From Squalus acanthias (Eukaryota), in the NCBI GenBank assembly GCA_030390025.1, contig CM059435.1:37944001-38008000 (forward strand): 64,000 nucleotides of DNA, given 5' to 3'. Under the pieces are notes generated by a model that was given only the letters and a program-made list of their open reading frames with translations, did no database searches and had not been told where the DNA came from. This document shows, piece by piece, positions 11,755 through 24,699 of the stretch; positions within the stretch are counted from its first letter, which is position 1; each line of letters opens with the position of its first letter. Both the position numbers and the translations under genes were made by a program.

Positions 11755-14400
11755 ACATAAGAAATAAGAGCAGGAGTAGGCCATACAGCCCCTCGAGCCT
11801 GCTTCGCCATTCAATAAGATCATGGCTCATTGTCGACCTCAACTCCACTTTCCTGTCCGATCTTCATATCCCTTGATTCCCCAGAGTCCAAAAATCTATC
11901 TCTCTCAACCTTGAATATACTCAAAGACTCAGCATTCACAGGCCTCTGGGGCAGAGAATTCCAAAGATTTATAACCCTCTGAGTTAAGAAATTCCCCCTC
12001 ATCGCAGTCTTAAATGGCCTACCCCTTATCCTGAGACTATGCCCCCTAGTTCTAGACACTCCAGCCAGGGGAAACAACCTCTCAGCATCTACCCTGTCAA
12101 TCCCCTTGTTTCAATTAGATCACCTCTCATTCTTCTAAACTCCAGAGAGTATAGGCCCATTCTACACAATCTCTCATCATAGGACAGCCCTCTCATCCCA
12201 GGAATCAATTTAGCGAACCTTCGTTGCACCGCCTCCAAGGCAAGTGTATCCTTCCTTCGATTAGACCAAAACTGTGCACAGTACTCCAGGTGTGGTCTCA
12301 CCAAGGCCCTGTACAATTGTAGCAAGACTTCCTAACTCTTACACTCCAACCCCCTTGTAATAAAGGCCAACATGCCATTTGCCTTCCTTATTGCTTGCTG
12401 TACCTGCATGCTAGCTTTCTGTGTTTCTTGCACGAGGACACCCAAATCTCTCTCAACACCAACATTTGAAAGTTTCTCACCATTTAAAAAATATTCTGTT
12501 TTTCTATTCTTCCTACCAAGGTGAATAACCTCATATTTCCCTATATTCTCCATCTGCCATCAAACTGCCCATTCACTTAGTCTATCTATATCCCTTTGCA
12601 GACTCTTTGTGTTCTCCTCACAGCTTACTGTCCCAACTAGCTTTGTATCATCAGCAAACTTGGATACATTACACTCGGTCCTTTCATCTAGGTCATTAAT
12701 ATAGATTGTAAATAGTTGAGGCCCCAACACTGATCCTTGCGGCACCCCACTAGTTACAGCCTACCAACCTGAAAAAGATCTGTTTATCCCTACTCTGTTT
12801 TCTGTTCGTTAACCAATCCTCTATCCATGCTATTATATTACCCCCAACCCCATGAGCCCTAATCTTGTGTAATAACCTTTTATGTGGCACCTTATCGAAT
12901 GCCTTTTGGAAATCCAAATATACTACATCCACTGGTTCCCCTTTATCTACCCTGCTAGTTACATCCTCCAAAAACTCTAATAAATTTGTCAAACACGATT
13001 TCCCTTTCATAAAACCACGTTGATTCTGCCTTAACGATGGATTCCAGCATTTTCCCGACGACTGATGTCAGGCTAACTGGCCTGTAGTTCCCTGTTTTCT
13101 CTCTCCCTCCTTTCTTGAATAGCGGTGTTACATTTGCAACCTTCCAATCCGCTGGGACCATTCCAGAATCTAGGGAATTTTGGAAGATCAAAACCAATGC
13201 ATCCACTATCTCTTCAGCCACCTCTTTTAGAACCCTAGGATGTAGGCCATCAGGTCCAGGGGATTTGTTGGCTTTTAGTCCCATTAGTTTCTCTAGTACT
13301 TTTTCTCTACTTATATTAATTACGTTAAGTTCCTCACCGTCATTAGACCCTTGGTTCCCCACCATTTTTGGTATGCTTTTTGTGTCTTCTACTGTGAAGA
13401 CAGAAACAAAATATTTGTGCCATTTCCTTATTCCCCATAATAATTTCTCCTGTCTCAGCCTCTAAGGGACCAACATTTACTTTTGCTACTCTTTTCCTTT
13501 TTACATACTTGTAGAAACTCTTACAATCTGCTTTTATATTTCTTGCTAGTTTTCTCTCATTCTATTTTTTCCCTTTTAATCAATTTTTTGGTCAACCTTT
13601 GCTGGTTTCTGAAACTCTCCTAATCCTCAGGCTTACTATTATTCTTTGCAACATTATAAGCTTCTTCTTTCAATCTAATGCTATCCTTAACTTCTTTAGT
13701 TAGCCACGGTTGGATCACTTTTCCCGTGGAGTTTTTGTTCCACAATGTTGAGAATTATGAAATATTTCTTTAAATGCTAGCCACTACTTATCTACCGCCA
13801 TACCTTTTAATCTATTTTTCCAATCTGCCTTAGCCAACTCGCCCCTCATACCTATGTAATTGGCTTTATTAAGTTTAAGACTCTAGTTTCAGACTTGGGC
13901 AAGTCACTCTCGAAATTAATGTGAAATTCTATCATATTATGATCACTCTGCCCCAGAGGATCCTTTACTATGAGATTGCTAATTAACCCTGTCTCATTAC
14001 ACAATACAAGATCTAAAATAGCCTGTTCCCTGGTTGGTTCCATGACACATTGTTCTAGGAAATTGTCCCGAATGCTTTCCATGAACTCGTCCTCCAGCCT
14101 ACCTTTGCCAATTTGCTTTGTCCAGTCTATATGAAGATTAAAGTCCCCCAAGATTATTGCATTACCTTTGTTGCAAGCTCCTACTATTTCTTGATTAATA
14201 TTCTGTCCAACAGTATAGCTACTGTTAGGGGGCCTATATACTACTACTACCAGTGTTTTCTGCTCCTGGTTATTCCTTATCTCCACCCATACTGATTCTA
14301 CTCCCTGATCTTCCGAGCCGAGATCCTTACTGTCCTTATGTCATCTTTATTATCAGGGCTACTCCCTCTGCCTGTCTTTTTGAAATGTCAAGTACCCTAG
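11755..14400 (-). mobile_element. CR1 LINE, 5'-truncated, with frameshifts (APE C-terminus + RT + 3' tail)
   Basis: ORF pieces: VYRPP, GDFN, SDHN (APE); [38 protein letters not shown] (RT). Tail ACATAAGAAATAAGAGCAGGAGTAGGCC. Inserted into an older + strand CR1 (ALV.P|LEYCIQFW continues at ~14410). Confidence 0.95.
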
Positions 14401-14404
14401 AACT

Positions 14405-14790
14405 TTGAGTATACCTTGAGTATTGTATCCAGTTCTGGCCAAGATACAAGGGAGACATTCAAGAAGCAGTCTAGAAAAGCCCAGAGACTGATCCCTAGTG
14501 GTGTTGGTTTGAGTTATGATGAAATATTGAAGAAACCAGGGCTTTTCAGCATCGAGAGGAGATGTATAGGATGATAGTTAATGGTATGGAAAAACTAAAT
14601 GCTGAAAATGACTAAAATAAATTGCATAAGTAGGACAAGGAGGCACAGATTCAAATGACTTCCAGATGTAGCAGAGATGAAAACCTGACAACCAATTAAG
14701 AACAAATTGGATGCTGTAGTTGGAACTTTCTGGGTGGATAAACTAAGATGGGTGTAATGGCCTCCCTCATCTGTAATTATCTTGTGACTA
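14405..14790 (+). mobile_element. Old degenerate CR1 3' fragment (host of the 11755-14400 insertion; other pieces at ~10860-11010 and ~11640-11755)
   Basis: CTTGAGTATTGTATCCAGTTCTGG (LEYCIQFW) and a degenerate CR1 3' tail. Confidence 0.6.
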
Positions 14791-16329
14791 TTCTCACCGA
14801 AAAGTACTCCTTTTCAAGCAGGTTCAGACATGAGGACTTTGACCTGAGTCTGAGACCAGTTTATTGAGTTCTTTTGACATCTGTTAGTCAGTTGCCCAGT
14901 ACTCCGAGCAAAGTTCCTCTGTATGTTCCTATAAGTTGGCTGGTGCCAGGAATAAACTTGAAGTGGAGGCTTTTGCTCCAGCATAGCACAAATTTTACAC
15001 CATGCGTGCCAGGGTACAGCTTCTATTGAAGGTCATCGAGTTTAATTCCACCACAGCAATTCAAACATCTCTATAGACTAATAACTTAAAATTTGCATGC
15101 AAGCAAAATGCACTTTTGGGTGATTTCATTAATCTGTTTACAACAGAAAGAGATTTAGCAAGGTAGACCAGGACAAAATTAATTAAGCAGACAATAGTTC
15201 TTTCAAGGAGATGTTGGTTTTGAGTTCAAGCTCTAAATCTTCCTTAAAGAGGCACTTGTTAACAGAGCAATTGACAATTAAAATAAAGTTCTCTCAAACA
15301 AAGAAATTTAAGAGAAACATCTGTACCTGGAGAAGGGATAGGTATAAGTACCCTCTGTCATTCTTCTTTATTTCTGACGTCAGTCTTCTCACAAGCTACA
15401 TCTACATTGGATTCTGCCCAAGAGACATGGCCTTGCAATGGCCACTCCTTTTACGTGAGAATGATACTACATGTACCATAATTCATGACATTTTGCCTGG
15501 TGTATGCAATTCTGGGCTAAGCATATTTTTCAGGCTCTTTTTAAAATTGTCTTTGAGGATACACATTTTTGTAAAATTAGTTTTATCACATGGTATAGAG
15601 AGTACACTGGCATATTTTGTCTTGTTACAGATGTATGCACATTGGAACAACACATTGTTTGGTGTTGGCATAATTTGAGTTCCTACGGTTTGGCTGAGTC
15701 GGGGATAATTAAAGGTCCTGTCTACTTGCAGCGTAGGGTTATTGTCCTTTGGGAGCTGGGAGTTTGTGGTTCCATTCTGATCTTGGGTGTAGAGGATGGG
15801 TACCTGAGTCATAGACTGCCAGAAAAGAGCTCAATATATCTTTCCAGTTCCAGGCTGAGTCCATGCATTGCCCACTGGCATATATCCCACAGTTGTTTCA
15901 CCCACATGCTTGTTTTGGGAGGGTCTGTAGAGCAGAGAAATGTATTTTCTTGAAAGTTGTGGTGCACTGCATGTGGGGACTCACCGTAACAGTATGCAGG
16001 CCGAACAGGTGTAGGCATGGGTTTGCAGAGATTGTGAGGCCCATTAAGCATAGATTTCCGGACTGAATAGTTGAAAGTGCATATAAGCAGAATGTATAGT
16101 AATGTGCCCTTGAAAATTCATTAATTAGATTGACATCTCCTGTTACCACCCCAATGTCCAGTGGATCTACTCCCTATTCTTTGGAAAGATGATGTTTCCC
16201 CTCTCTGGATCACTGCTGTCACAGATCTCCACCTGTTTTGTATGGCACTGTAGCTTGAAGAGAAAAATAATGATTTTATTTATTTAAAGTTTTTTCTTTA
16301 TTGCTAACACTTGCTGGTCTGGGGTTCTG

Positions 16330-16590
16330 TGGCTGCCAGCCCACTCCACAGATTGTTATTTTTATGCATCAGCCTAGATGTGAATGTAAACAAGCTATTT
16401 TATTGTGTGGGACATCACAACTGAGCCTGAATCCCTCTCACCCAACAGGTACACTTTGCAGCAAGGACTACTGGATGGTAATGAGTGAGATTCCTGACCG
16501 ATTGCTCTCTCCCTCCTCCTCTCCCACAGGCAAAGGTCAATTTTAGATCTCTTACCACCACCCTAGCTGAAATCAGTTAACACAGCACAG
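16330..16590 (-). mobile_element. Old tRNA-derived SINE, followed by an L2-type 3' tail at ~16605-16700 (+)
   Basis: Same family blocks as 5460-5830. The tail GTGAAGCACCTTGGGA...GCTATATAAATGCAAGTTGTTG is typical of shark L2/SINE ends. Confidence 0.5.
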
Positions 16591-17431
16591 CTTGTAATAT
16601 CTCCTCCTTTGGTTTGGTGTCCATTTTTGTCTGATTACACTTGTGTGAAGCACCTTGGGATGGTTTTCTATAAAGATGCTATATAAATGCAAGTTGTTGT
16701 GATTTCTTTTTATTGGGCTTCATGTATTGGTTCTGTTAATCATTATGGCACCAATTGGCTTTCACCACATTTCATAACCCTCCCATATTTGTACAAAGGA
16801 AGGCCTCCAGGTTATGACATTCCAGTGGTAGCCACTTTTTAGTGGGTGGATGTTGGACATTTCATGCAGCAAAAAGGCAAACTAATAATTTGAAATATTT
16901 AAGGTAGTGCTAGGCTAGTGTCGAGATGGAAGATGGAATGATATTGAGGCAGAGCCATCTCCAAGATTCTCTCCATAGTATATTTCTAGAATAAGGCTGT
17001 TTTGGGCCATTTCCATGCATTCTGCAGTATCTGCTTCATTTCCAGCAATACCATTCAAAATTTACAGAACATTGATTGTGGGTGGTCAACAAATAATTCC
17101 CCTTCCCCTCATTTGTAAGTGCCTTTATAAAGTTAAAAACCTTAAGTGGCATAACTAGGATTAGAGAAAATCTTTGATTTCTGTGAATCTTTACCTTTAA
17201 TGTTGATAAATATTTTGAAGTCCCAGGTTTGCTTTTTTCACCTCCCTTCTGTTTTGCCATTTCCACCCCCCTTCCTCACCCCCACTGCTTTGGAAAGTGT
17301 TAACTTCTTGCTAGGGTTACACTTCTACAAATGCTCTCCAATATCTTGCTTAAGTCATCATTGTGACAAAAATGAAGCATTTTCTCCTGTTAGATTAATG
17401 ATTGGATTCTTGTTGAACACATGTTTAAGGT

Positions 17432-17563
17432 CTGATGAAAGGTCATCGACCTGAAACGTCAACTCTCTTTCTCTCTCCACGGATGCTGCCTGGCCTGCTG
17501 AGTTTTTCCAGCGTTTTCTGTTGTTATTTCGGATTTCCAGCATCTGCAGTATTTTGCTATCGT
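17432..17563 (+). mobile_element. Short Penelope-like/retrozyme-like retroposed element with a minimal hammerhead ribozyme core
   Basis: CTGATGA-A-AGGTC(ATC)GACCT-GAAA-CG-TC at 17432-17460. Perfect 14-bp TSD ACATGTTTAAGGTC (17419-17432, 17564-17577). Confidence 0.75.
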
Positions 17564-19322
17564 ACATGTTTAAGGTCAGTCACTGCTTGTTTCTGCAAGT
17601 TGTATGGAATGTAAGAGGCCAGGAAAAGGCAAACACTGGGGCCATGAAAGGAGGCAAATGTACAGTGATTTTATTTATATATATATATATATATATGGAT
17701 GCTACAAGCAGTGTAATTAAGATGTCAGAACTGGAGGCAGTAGGGAACTATGATGCAGTGGGAATAGTAGCAACATGGTTAAGCCCAGAAGATGGAAATG
17801 CAGGAGTATAGAGTGTTCAGAAAAGACGGAGTGGACCGGAAAGGAAATGGTGTAGCCCTAGGGGGGACATCACAGAATACTTAAGTTTAACATGATCTAG
17901 GATTCAGATATACCAGAGACCAGGTATAACTTTAAAATGACTAAATTCAAAGAAATGAGGGAATAACAAACAAATAAATGGGAGGAAGATGTTCAACACT
18001 TCATGGTCGGTTTTATTAATGTAACCTGCTTGGACCTTACTTGCCTTTCTCTTAGTAGACTTCACCAACTGGCTTCTGATGTGGATCTTTGTTCTGTAGT
18101 TCTGTCCCACAGGAAGTTGGGATCTTGATTCCTGATCTTGACCCTGTCAGGAGCTTGGACAGCAGAGCTGCCAGTCAACTTTGTGTTCATGCTGCTGCTG
18201 CCCTTTCCCCCTTTGAAATTAGATTTAAAGCTCAACAGGAGGGACATTCCAACTCCTTAAGATGTAAACTCCTTAAGGTGGGAAAGTCAGAGATGAGATA
18301 ACAATTTCCCAATTGTCCCCAATCATCATGAATAACAGTTTCAATAGATGTTCAGTAACATGAAAATCCCCTTATTGTCCCAGTAATTCTATCATGTTAT
18401 TGTAAGGTGGGTTTTAAATTTTTGTGAATGTACTTTAAAAGCAACACTTCAACATAAATCATATATGAATCCTTTCCATAGAAAAATGGTCAAAAATCCT
18501 GAACTGTGACAACTCTAACTCAATTTCATGTAAAATAATTGAGGATTATACAATAATTTAGTAACCAGCAGTCAATGTGGCTTCAGAAGGGACAGATTCT
18601 GCCTGACTAACCTCCTAGACTTCTATTTGAACATAGGAACAGGAGTAGGCCATTTAGTCCCACCATTCAATGAGATAATGGCTGATCTGTTACCTAACTC
18701 CATATACCCACCATTGCCCCATATCCCTTAATACCTTTGGTTAGCAGAAATCTATCGATCTTAGATTTAAAATCAAAAATTGACCCAGCACCAACTGCCA
18801 TTTGCTGAAGAGAGTTCCAAACTTCTACCCTGCTTTGCGTGTAGGAGTGTTTTCCTAACTTCACTCCTGAAAGGCCTGGCTTTAATTTTTAGGCTCTGTC
18901 CACTAGTCCTAGATTCCCCAACCGGCGAAAATAGTTTCTCACTATCTTCCCCATCAGTTCCCCATAATAGCTTGAAAACTTCAATCAAATCACCCCTTAA
19001 TCTTCTAAATTCCAGGGAATAGAACACTAGTTTATGTAATTGCTCCTCGTAATTTAACCCTAGGAGTCCAGGTATCATTCTCGTAAATCTACGCTGCACT
19101 CCCTCCAAGGCCAATATATCCTTCCCAAGGTGTGGTGCCCAGAACTGAATACAGTACTCCAGGTGTGGTCTAACCAGGGCTTTGTATAGCTGCAGCACGA
19201 CTTCTAACCCCTTGTATTCTAGTCCTCTAGATATAAAGACCAGCATTCCAGAAGCCTTTAGATTTTTTTTTGTACCTGTCCATGACATTTTAATTCTCTA
19301 TGTATGTGGACCCCCAAGTCTC

Positions 19323-19613
19323 ACAGAATCCCCACAGTGCAGATAGAGGCCATTTCAGCCCATCGAGCCTGCACCGACACATATCCCACCCTATCCCCGT
19401 AACCCCACGTATTTAATCCCCCTATCATAGCCAAATCAACCTAACCCGCACATCTTTGGACTGTGGGAGGAAACCGGAGCACCCGGAGGAAACCCACGCA
19501 GACACGGGGAGAATGTGCAAACTCCACACAGTCACCCGAGGCCGGATTCGAACCCGGGTCCCTGGCGCTGTGAGGCAACAGTGCTAACCACTATGCCACC
19601 GTGTTGCCCGTGT
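19323..19613 (-). mobile_element. HE1-type V-SINE (tRNA-derived, elasmobranch)
   Basis: tRNA head with A/B boxes (GGTGGCATAGTGGTTAGC...GGGTTCGAATCC), V-domain (GTTTCCTCCGGGTGCTCCGGTTTCCTCCCACAGTCCAAAGATGTG) and CR1-like tail. 9-bp TSD CCAAGTCTC (19314-19322, 19614-19622). Confidence 0.9.
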
Positions 19614-21018
19614 CCAAGTCTCTTTGGAACTCCACTGTTTCTAGCTTTTCACCATTTAGAAAGTACTCTGATCTATCCTTTTTAGGTCCAAAGTGGATGA
19701 CCTCACACTTAGGTATATTGAAATCCATTTGCCAGTTTTGCCCATTCACTTAATCTATTATCTCTTTGTAATTTTTGCTACCATCTACACTGCTTACAAT
19801 GCTGTCTATCTTTGTCATCGGCAAACTTGGATATATGACTTTCTATCCCATCATCTAAGTCATTAATACAGTGAATAGTTGAGGCCCTAACACAGATCCC
19901 TGTGGGACGCCGCTAGTCACATCCTGCCAATTAGAGTACCTGCCCATTATCCCTACTCTCTGTCTCCTGCCGCTCAGCTAATCTCTTAACCAGGTCAATA
20001 ATTTACCCTCAATTCCATGAGCTTCAACTTTAGCCAACTGTCTCTTATGAGGGACTTTATCGAATGCCTTATGGAAATCCATATAAATAACATTCATAGA
20101 CAGTCCCCTGTCCACTACTATAGTCACCTCTTCAAAAAATTCAATCAGGTTCGTCAGGCATGACCTACCCTCTACAAATCCATGCTGGCTCTCTCTCATC
20201 AGCTGAAAATTTAAGGTGTTCAGTCACTCCATCCTTATTATAGACACTAGTAATTTCCCAACAGATGTTAGGCTAACCAGATTATAATATCCTGGTTTCC
20301 CTCTCTCCTTTCTTAAATAGTGGAGTGACATGCAATTTTCCAATCTAAAGGAACGATTCCTGAAGAGAACTTTGGAAGATCATAGTTAGGGCATCCGTAA
20401 TGTTCTCACCTACTTTCTTTAAAACCCTGGGATGAAAACTATCAGGTCCTGGGGATTTGTCTCTCTTTAGTGCCGTTAATTTTGGTGAGTCAACGTTGGT
20501 TTCCTTGGGATTTCCGGCATGCTATCCTCTTCCTCTGCTCTAAATACTGGCGCGAAGTCATTATTTTAACATGTCCACCATTTCCTTATTTTTATTTATA
20601 GTATCACTCATCAGTTTTTAAAGGAGCCCACATTGCTCTTAACCACCCTCTTTTCCCTAATATTGTAAAAGTTTGTGTTGATTTTGATATCCCTTGCAAG
20701 TTTATTTTCATACTTCCTTTTTGTAGCTCTTACTGTTTTGTCACCCTTTGCTGTTCTTTGTATCTCTCCCATTTGCCAGGATCTGTGCTATTGTTTGCAT
20801 TCTTGTATGCCTTTTCTTTAGTTTTATGGTGCCCCTTACCTCTTTAGTCATCCATGGCTGTTTTTTTTGGCAAGTAGAGCCCTTGCCCCTCAGGGGTATA
20901 AACTGGTTCTGTATCACATTCTTTTTTTGAACACCTCCCACTGATCATCTGTCGTTTTATCCATTAACAGATTTGCCCAGTTTACAGTCTCATCCCGTTG
21001 AAGTCAGCCTTACCTAAA

Positions 21019-22789
21019 CATAACATAAGAAATAGGAGCAGGAGTAGGCCAATCGGCCCCTCGAGCCTGCTCCGCCATTCAATAAGATCATGGCTGATCT
21101 AATCCTAACCGCCTATCTACTATCACAGAACCATCTCCTGCATCTAACAGAATTGCACACACGAAATAGGAGCAGAATCAGGCTACACGGTCCCTGGGCC
21201 CGCTCCACTCCCCACAGGTCCATGACCGATCCGAACCTAGACTCATGTCCAAATTCCTGCCCGCTCCCCGTAACCCTTAATGCCCTTTACTTCTAGGAAA
21301 CTGTCTATTTCTGTTTTAAATTTATTTAATGATGTAGCTTCTACAGCTTTTTGTGGCAGCATATTCCATGGACCTACCACCCTCTGAGTGAAGTAGTTCC
21401 TCCTCATCTCAGTTTTGAAAGAGCAGCCCCTTATTCTAAGACTATGTCCCCTAGTTCTAGTCTCACCCGTCATCGGGAACATCCTCCCCGCATCCACCCG
21501 ATCCAACCCCTTCACAATCTTATATGTTTCAATAAGATCGCCTCTCATTCTTCTGAACTCCAATGAGTAGAGTCCCAATCTACCCAACCTCTCCTCATAT
21601 GACCACCCCCTCATCCCAGGATTAACCGAGTGAACCTTTTTTGCACTGCCTCGAGAGCAAGGATGTCTTTCCTTAAGTAAGGACACCAAAACTGTATGCA
21701 GTATTCCAGGTGCGGTCTCACCAATACCTTGTACAACTGAAGCAATACCTCCCTATTTTTATATTCTATCCCCCTAGCAATGAAAGCCAACATTCCATTT
21801 GCCTCCTTAATCACTTGCTGCACCTGCATACTAACCTTTTGAGTTTCGTGCACCAGGACCCCCAGATCCCTTTGCACTTCAGTACTCTCCAGTTTCTTGC
21901 CATTAAGATAATAAATTGCTCTAGGATTTTTCCTGCCAAAGTGCATCACCTCACACTTTCCAGTGTTGTATTCCATCTGCCAAATCTCTGCCCACTTACT
22001 TAGCCTGTCTATGTCCCCTTGCAGGTTTTTTATGTCCTCCTCACTCACTACTTTCCCTCCCATCTTAGTATCATCTGCAAATTTTGATATGTTACACTTG
22101 GTCCCTTCCTCCAAATCGTTAATAGATTGTAAAGAGTTGTGGAACACCACTAGTTACTGATTGCCAGTCTGAGAATGAACCATTTATCCCAACTCTTTGC
22201 TTTCTGTTAGATAGCCAATCCTCTATCCATGCCAGAATATTACCCCCAATCCCGTGATTTTTTACCTTAAGCAATAATCTTTTGTGTGGCACCTTGTCAA
22301 ATGCCTTTTGGAAGTCTAAATACACTACGTCCACTGGTTCCCCTTTATCCACTCTATATGTTACTTCCTCAAAGAACTCCAGCAAATTTGTCAAACATGA
22401 CTTCCCCTTCGTAAAACTATGCTGACTTTGTCCTATTAAATTATGATTATCCAAATGTCCTGTTACTGTTTCCTTAATAATGGACTCCAAAATTTTACCT
22501 ACCACAGATGTTAGGCTAACCGGTCTATAGTTACCAGCCTTCTGTCTACTGCCCTTTTTAAATAAGGGTGTTACATTAGCAGTTTTCCAGTCTGCCGCGA
22601 CCTTAGCGGAATCCAGGGAGTTTTGAAAAATTACCAATGCATCTACAATCCCTACCGCCACTTCCTTCAAGACTCTAGGATGTAAGCCATCAGGTCCAGG
22701 TGATTTATCCGCCTTGAGTCCCATTATTTTACCGAGTACCACTTCCTTAGTGATTTTGATCGTGTTTAGCTCCTCACCCCCTATAGCCC
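21019..22789 (-). mobile_element. Younger CR1 LINE nested in the 18628-22860 CR1
   Basis: Long RT ORF pieces 22119..22742, 21611..22150, 21243..21689. TSD CCTAAA (21013-21018, 22790-22795). Confidence 0.95.
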
Positions 22790-22860
22790 CCTAAATCTCG
22801 TATCTTAGTAGCTGTTTTGCATTTCACACAACATTGAACTCAATCATATTACGGTCGCTA

Positions 22861-23240
22861 TGAAGAAGTGACAACTCCGATGTGCTGTACCTAGATATGC
22901 AAAAGCACTTGACAAAGTTCTACAAGGAAAGCTCAAAGCTGTATAGATTCAGGGTAAGTTTGGGAATGGATAAGAAACTGGTTAAAGGGTAGAAAACAAC
23001 AGGTACTTGTTACAGAGGTTATGTTGGGGTGGGCTGTTCTGAATGGGGTGCTCCAGGGCTCAGTGTTGCAACTACTACTGTTTTTAATTTACATAATATT
23101 TGATTTAGAAACTCAATTCAAATATACAAATTTGCAAACGTTCCCAAACTAGGAGAAGCAGTGGAATTGAAGGAGGTAAGTCAGAATACAGAATGAAGCC
23201 AGAACACTGGCAGAGTGAAATTTAATGCACTTTGGATCAA
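22861..23240 (+). mobile_element. Old CR1 RT fragment (continuation of 18560-18627)
   Basis: Degenerate YLD..KA.DKV and GVLQGSVL motifs. Confidence 0.65.
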
Positions 23241-24699
23241 GAATCAGCTACTATCATTAACATTGCATTTAAGGAACTATTATTTTGAAACAGGTAGGTA
23301 TCAGATTTACTATGAACATTTACCTTTGAATAATATGGTGTAAATCAGAAAAATTCTCAGAATCCTGGACTGTAGCTTGCTCCAACAGTGACCTGAGGGA
23401 TAATTTTCTAACTTTGCACTCCTGGCAGGGAGTTTTGTCCGACGGGAGCTCATATTGGAAATCCAGTTGGGAGTTTCACATGAATTTCCAACCATAATGG
23501 TGAGAAAATCATGCGTGGCAGTGCCTGAATTTTTGATATGTGTTCTTGGCAGATGAGGCTCCCACCATAATCTCAAAGTAGGAAAATTACCTCTTTGGTT
23601 CGGTCTCCATGTCATTGTTCCAAATAGCATCTTTCATGATTAATAAACTGTTCCCTGTGTTTTTTAACCAATAAATAATTAAAACTTTAACAGAAATTAA
23701 TATTTCCTACCCAGGAAAAGCTTTTTCTTGTATGTTCCAATTCAATAGGTGTCTTTTCACAAACCACCATTTTGAGTCCTTCTCTGGTCAGCTGCCATTA
23801 CAGTTAACAGAGATAAACTGATCCTGATCTCAATGCTGGCACAATACTAACAAAAAGCTTAGTGAATTGCCACAAGCTATATCTGGACAGGCACAATTAA
23901 GAATATATTCTTACAAATTAGATATTTTAAATGATAACTAAAAGCCTTTTTTAGGGTGGGGGGTGGGTACCTTCCTTTGCTCCTACACGATTATCATTTC
24001 CAAGCACCAGATTCAAGGTCTCAAAACAAAAATGCACTTCCATACAGCATCTGCTGATACCACACCCCTTCATATTCCTTTTTAATCAGTTCTAATTGAA
24101 TTTCTCCAATCACTGGTGATGAGCCAATCAAATCACTCAAAATGCTGGATATTTTTACCTTATTGCACTTGTTCAATACTTTCAACTATATCTGCGCATT
24201 TTGAGTGTGCAGTTTGCAGAATTTTGCAGCATGCAATCTGTATCAACAGGAGTTCAAGGGTGGAAGAGTGCATCCCATCAGTGTGTGAGGAATTGAGTTT
24301 GCTTGTTCTAAGACTTTGAAAGAAACTAGACATTGAATTGTCAAAGTGTGATTTCAGGCAAGACTGGCATTTATTTAAATTTATAAATATATGATTAAAA
24401 AAACACTCCAACAGTAGTATTTGCAAACAGCAGTATCTGTAATCATGGTTTCTTTGGTTTTTTTTCTCTAAAACGTTCAACAAAATGGATTGTTTAACAG
24501 AATGGATTGCTGTTGAAAATTCAGTTAAATTTGAAATTGCATCAATAATGAACTTTTGTGCACTTGAGAGGTAATTTTTATTTATGGTGATTTATGTTTA
24601 TTAAAGACTGGCACACCCAAGCCCGTGATTTTCTATCCATTCATTTAAAGAAACTGATATTTTATGTTTAAATGCTTTATGGTAGGAATGTAAAGACAG

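Larger units (their letters stand above)
18628..22860 (-). mobile_element. CR1 LINE (5'-truncated), interrupted by an HE1 SINE and by a younger CR1
   Basis: RT motifs in ORFs 18773..19288 and 19978..20199; 3' tail at 18630. Resumes after the nested CR1 at 22796-22860 (SDRNMIEF, end of APE). Itself splits an older + strand CR1 between LTNLLDFY (~18625) and EEVT..YLD (~22862). Confidence 0.9.

Noticed and set aside
19530-19613. tRNA-like sequence with A and B boxes (also at ~32150-32226 and ~58660)
   Set aside because: These are SINE heads attached to SINE bodies, not full cloverleaf tRNA genes.
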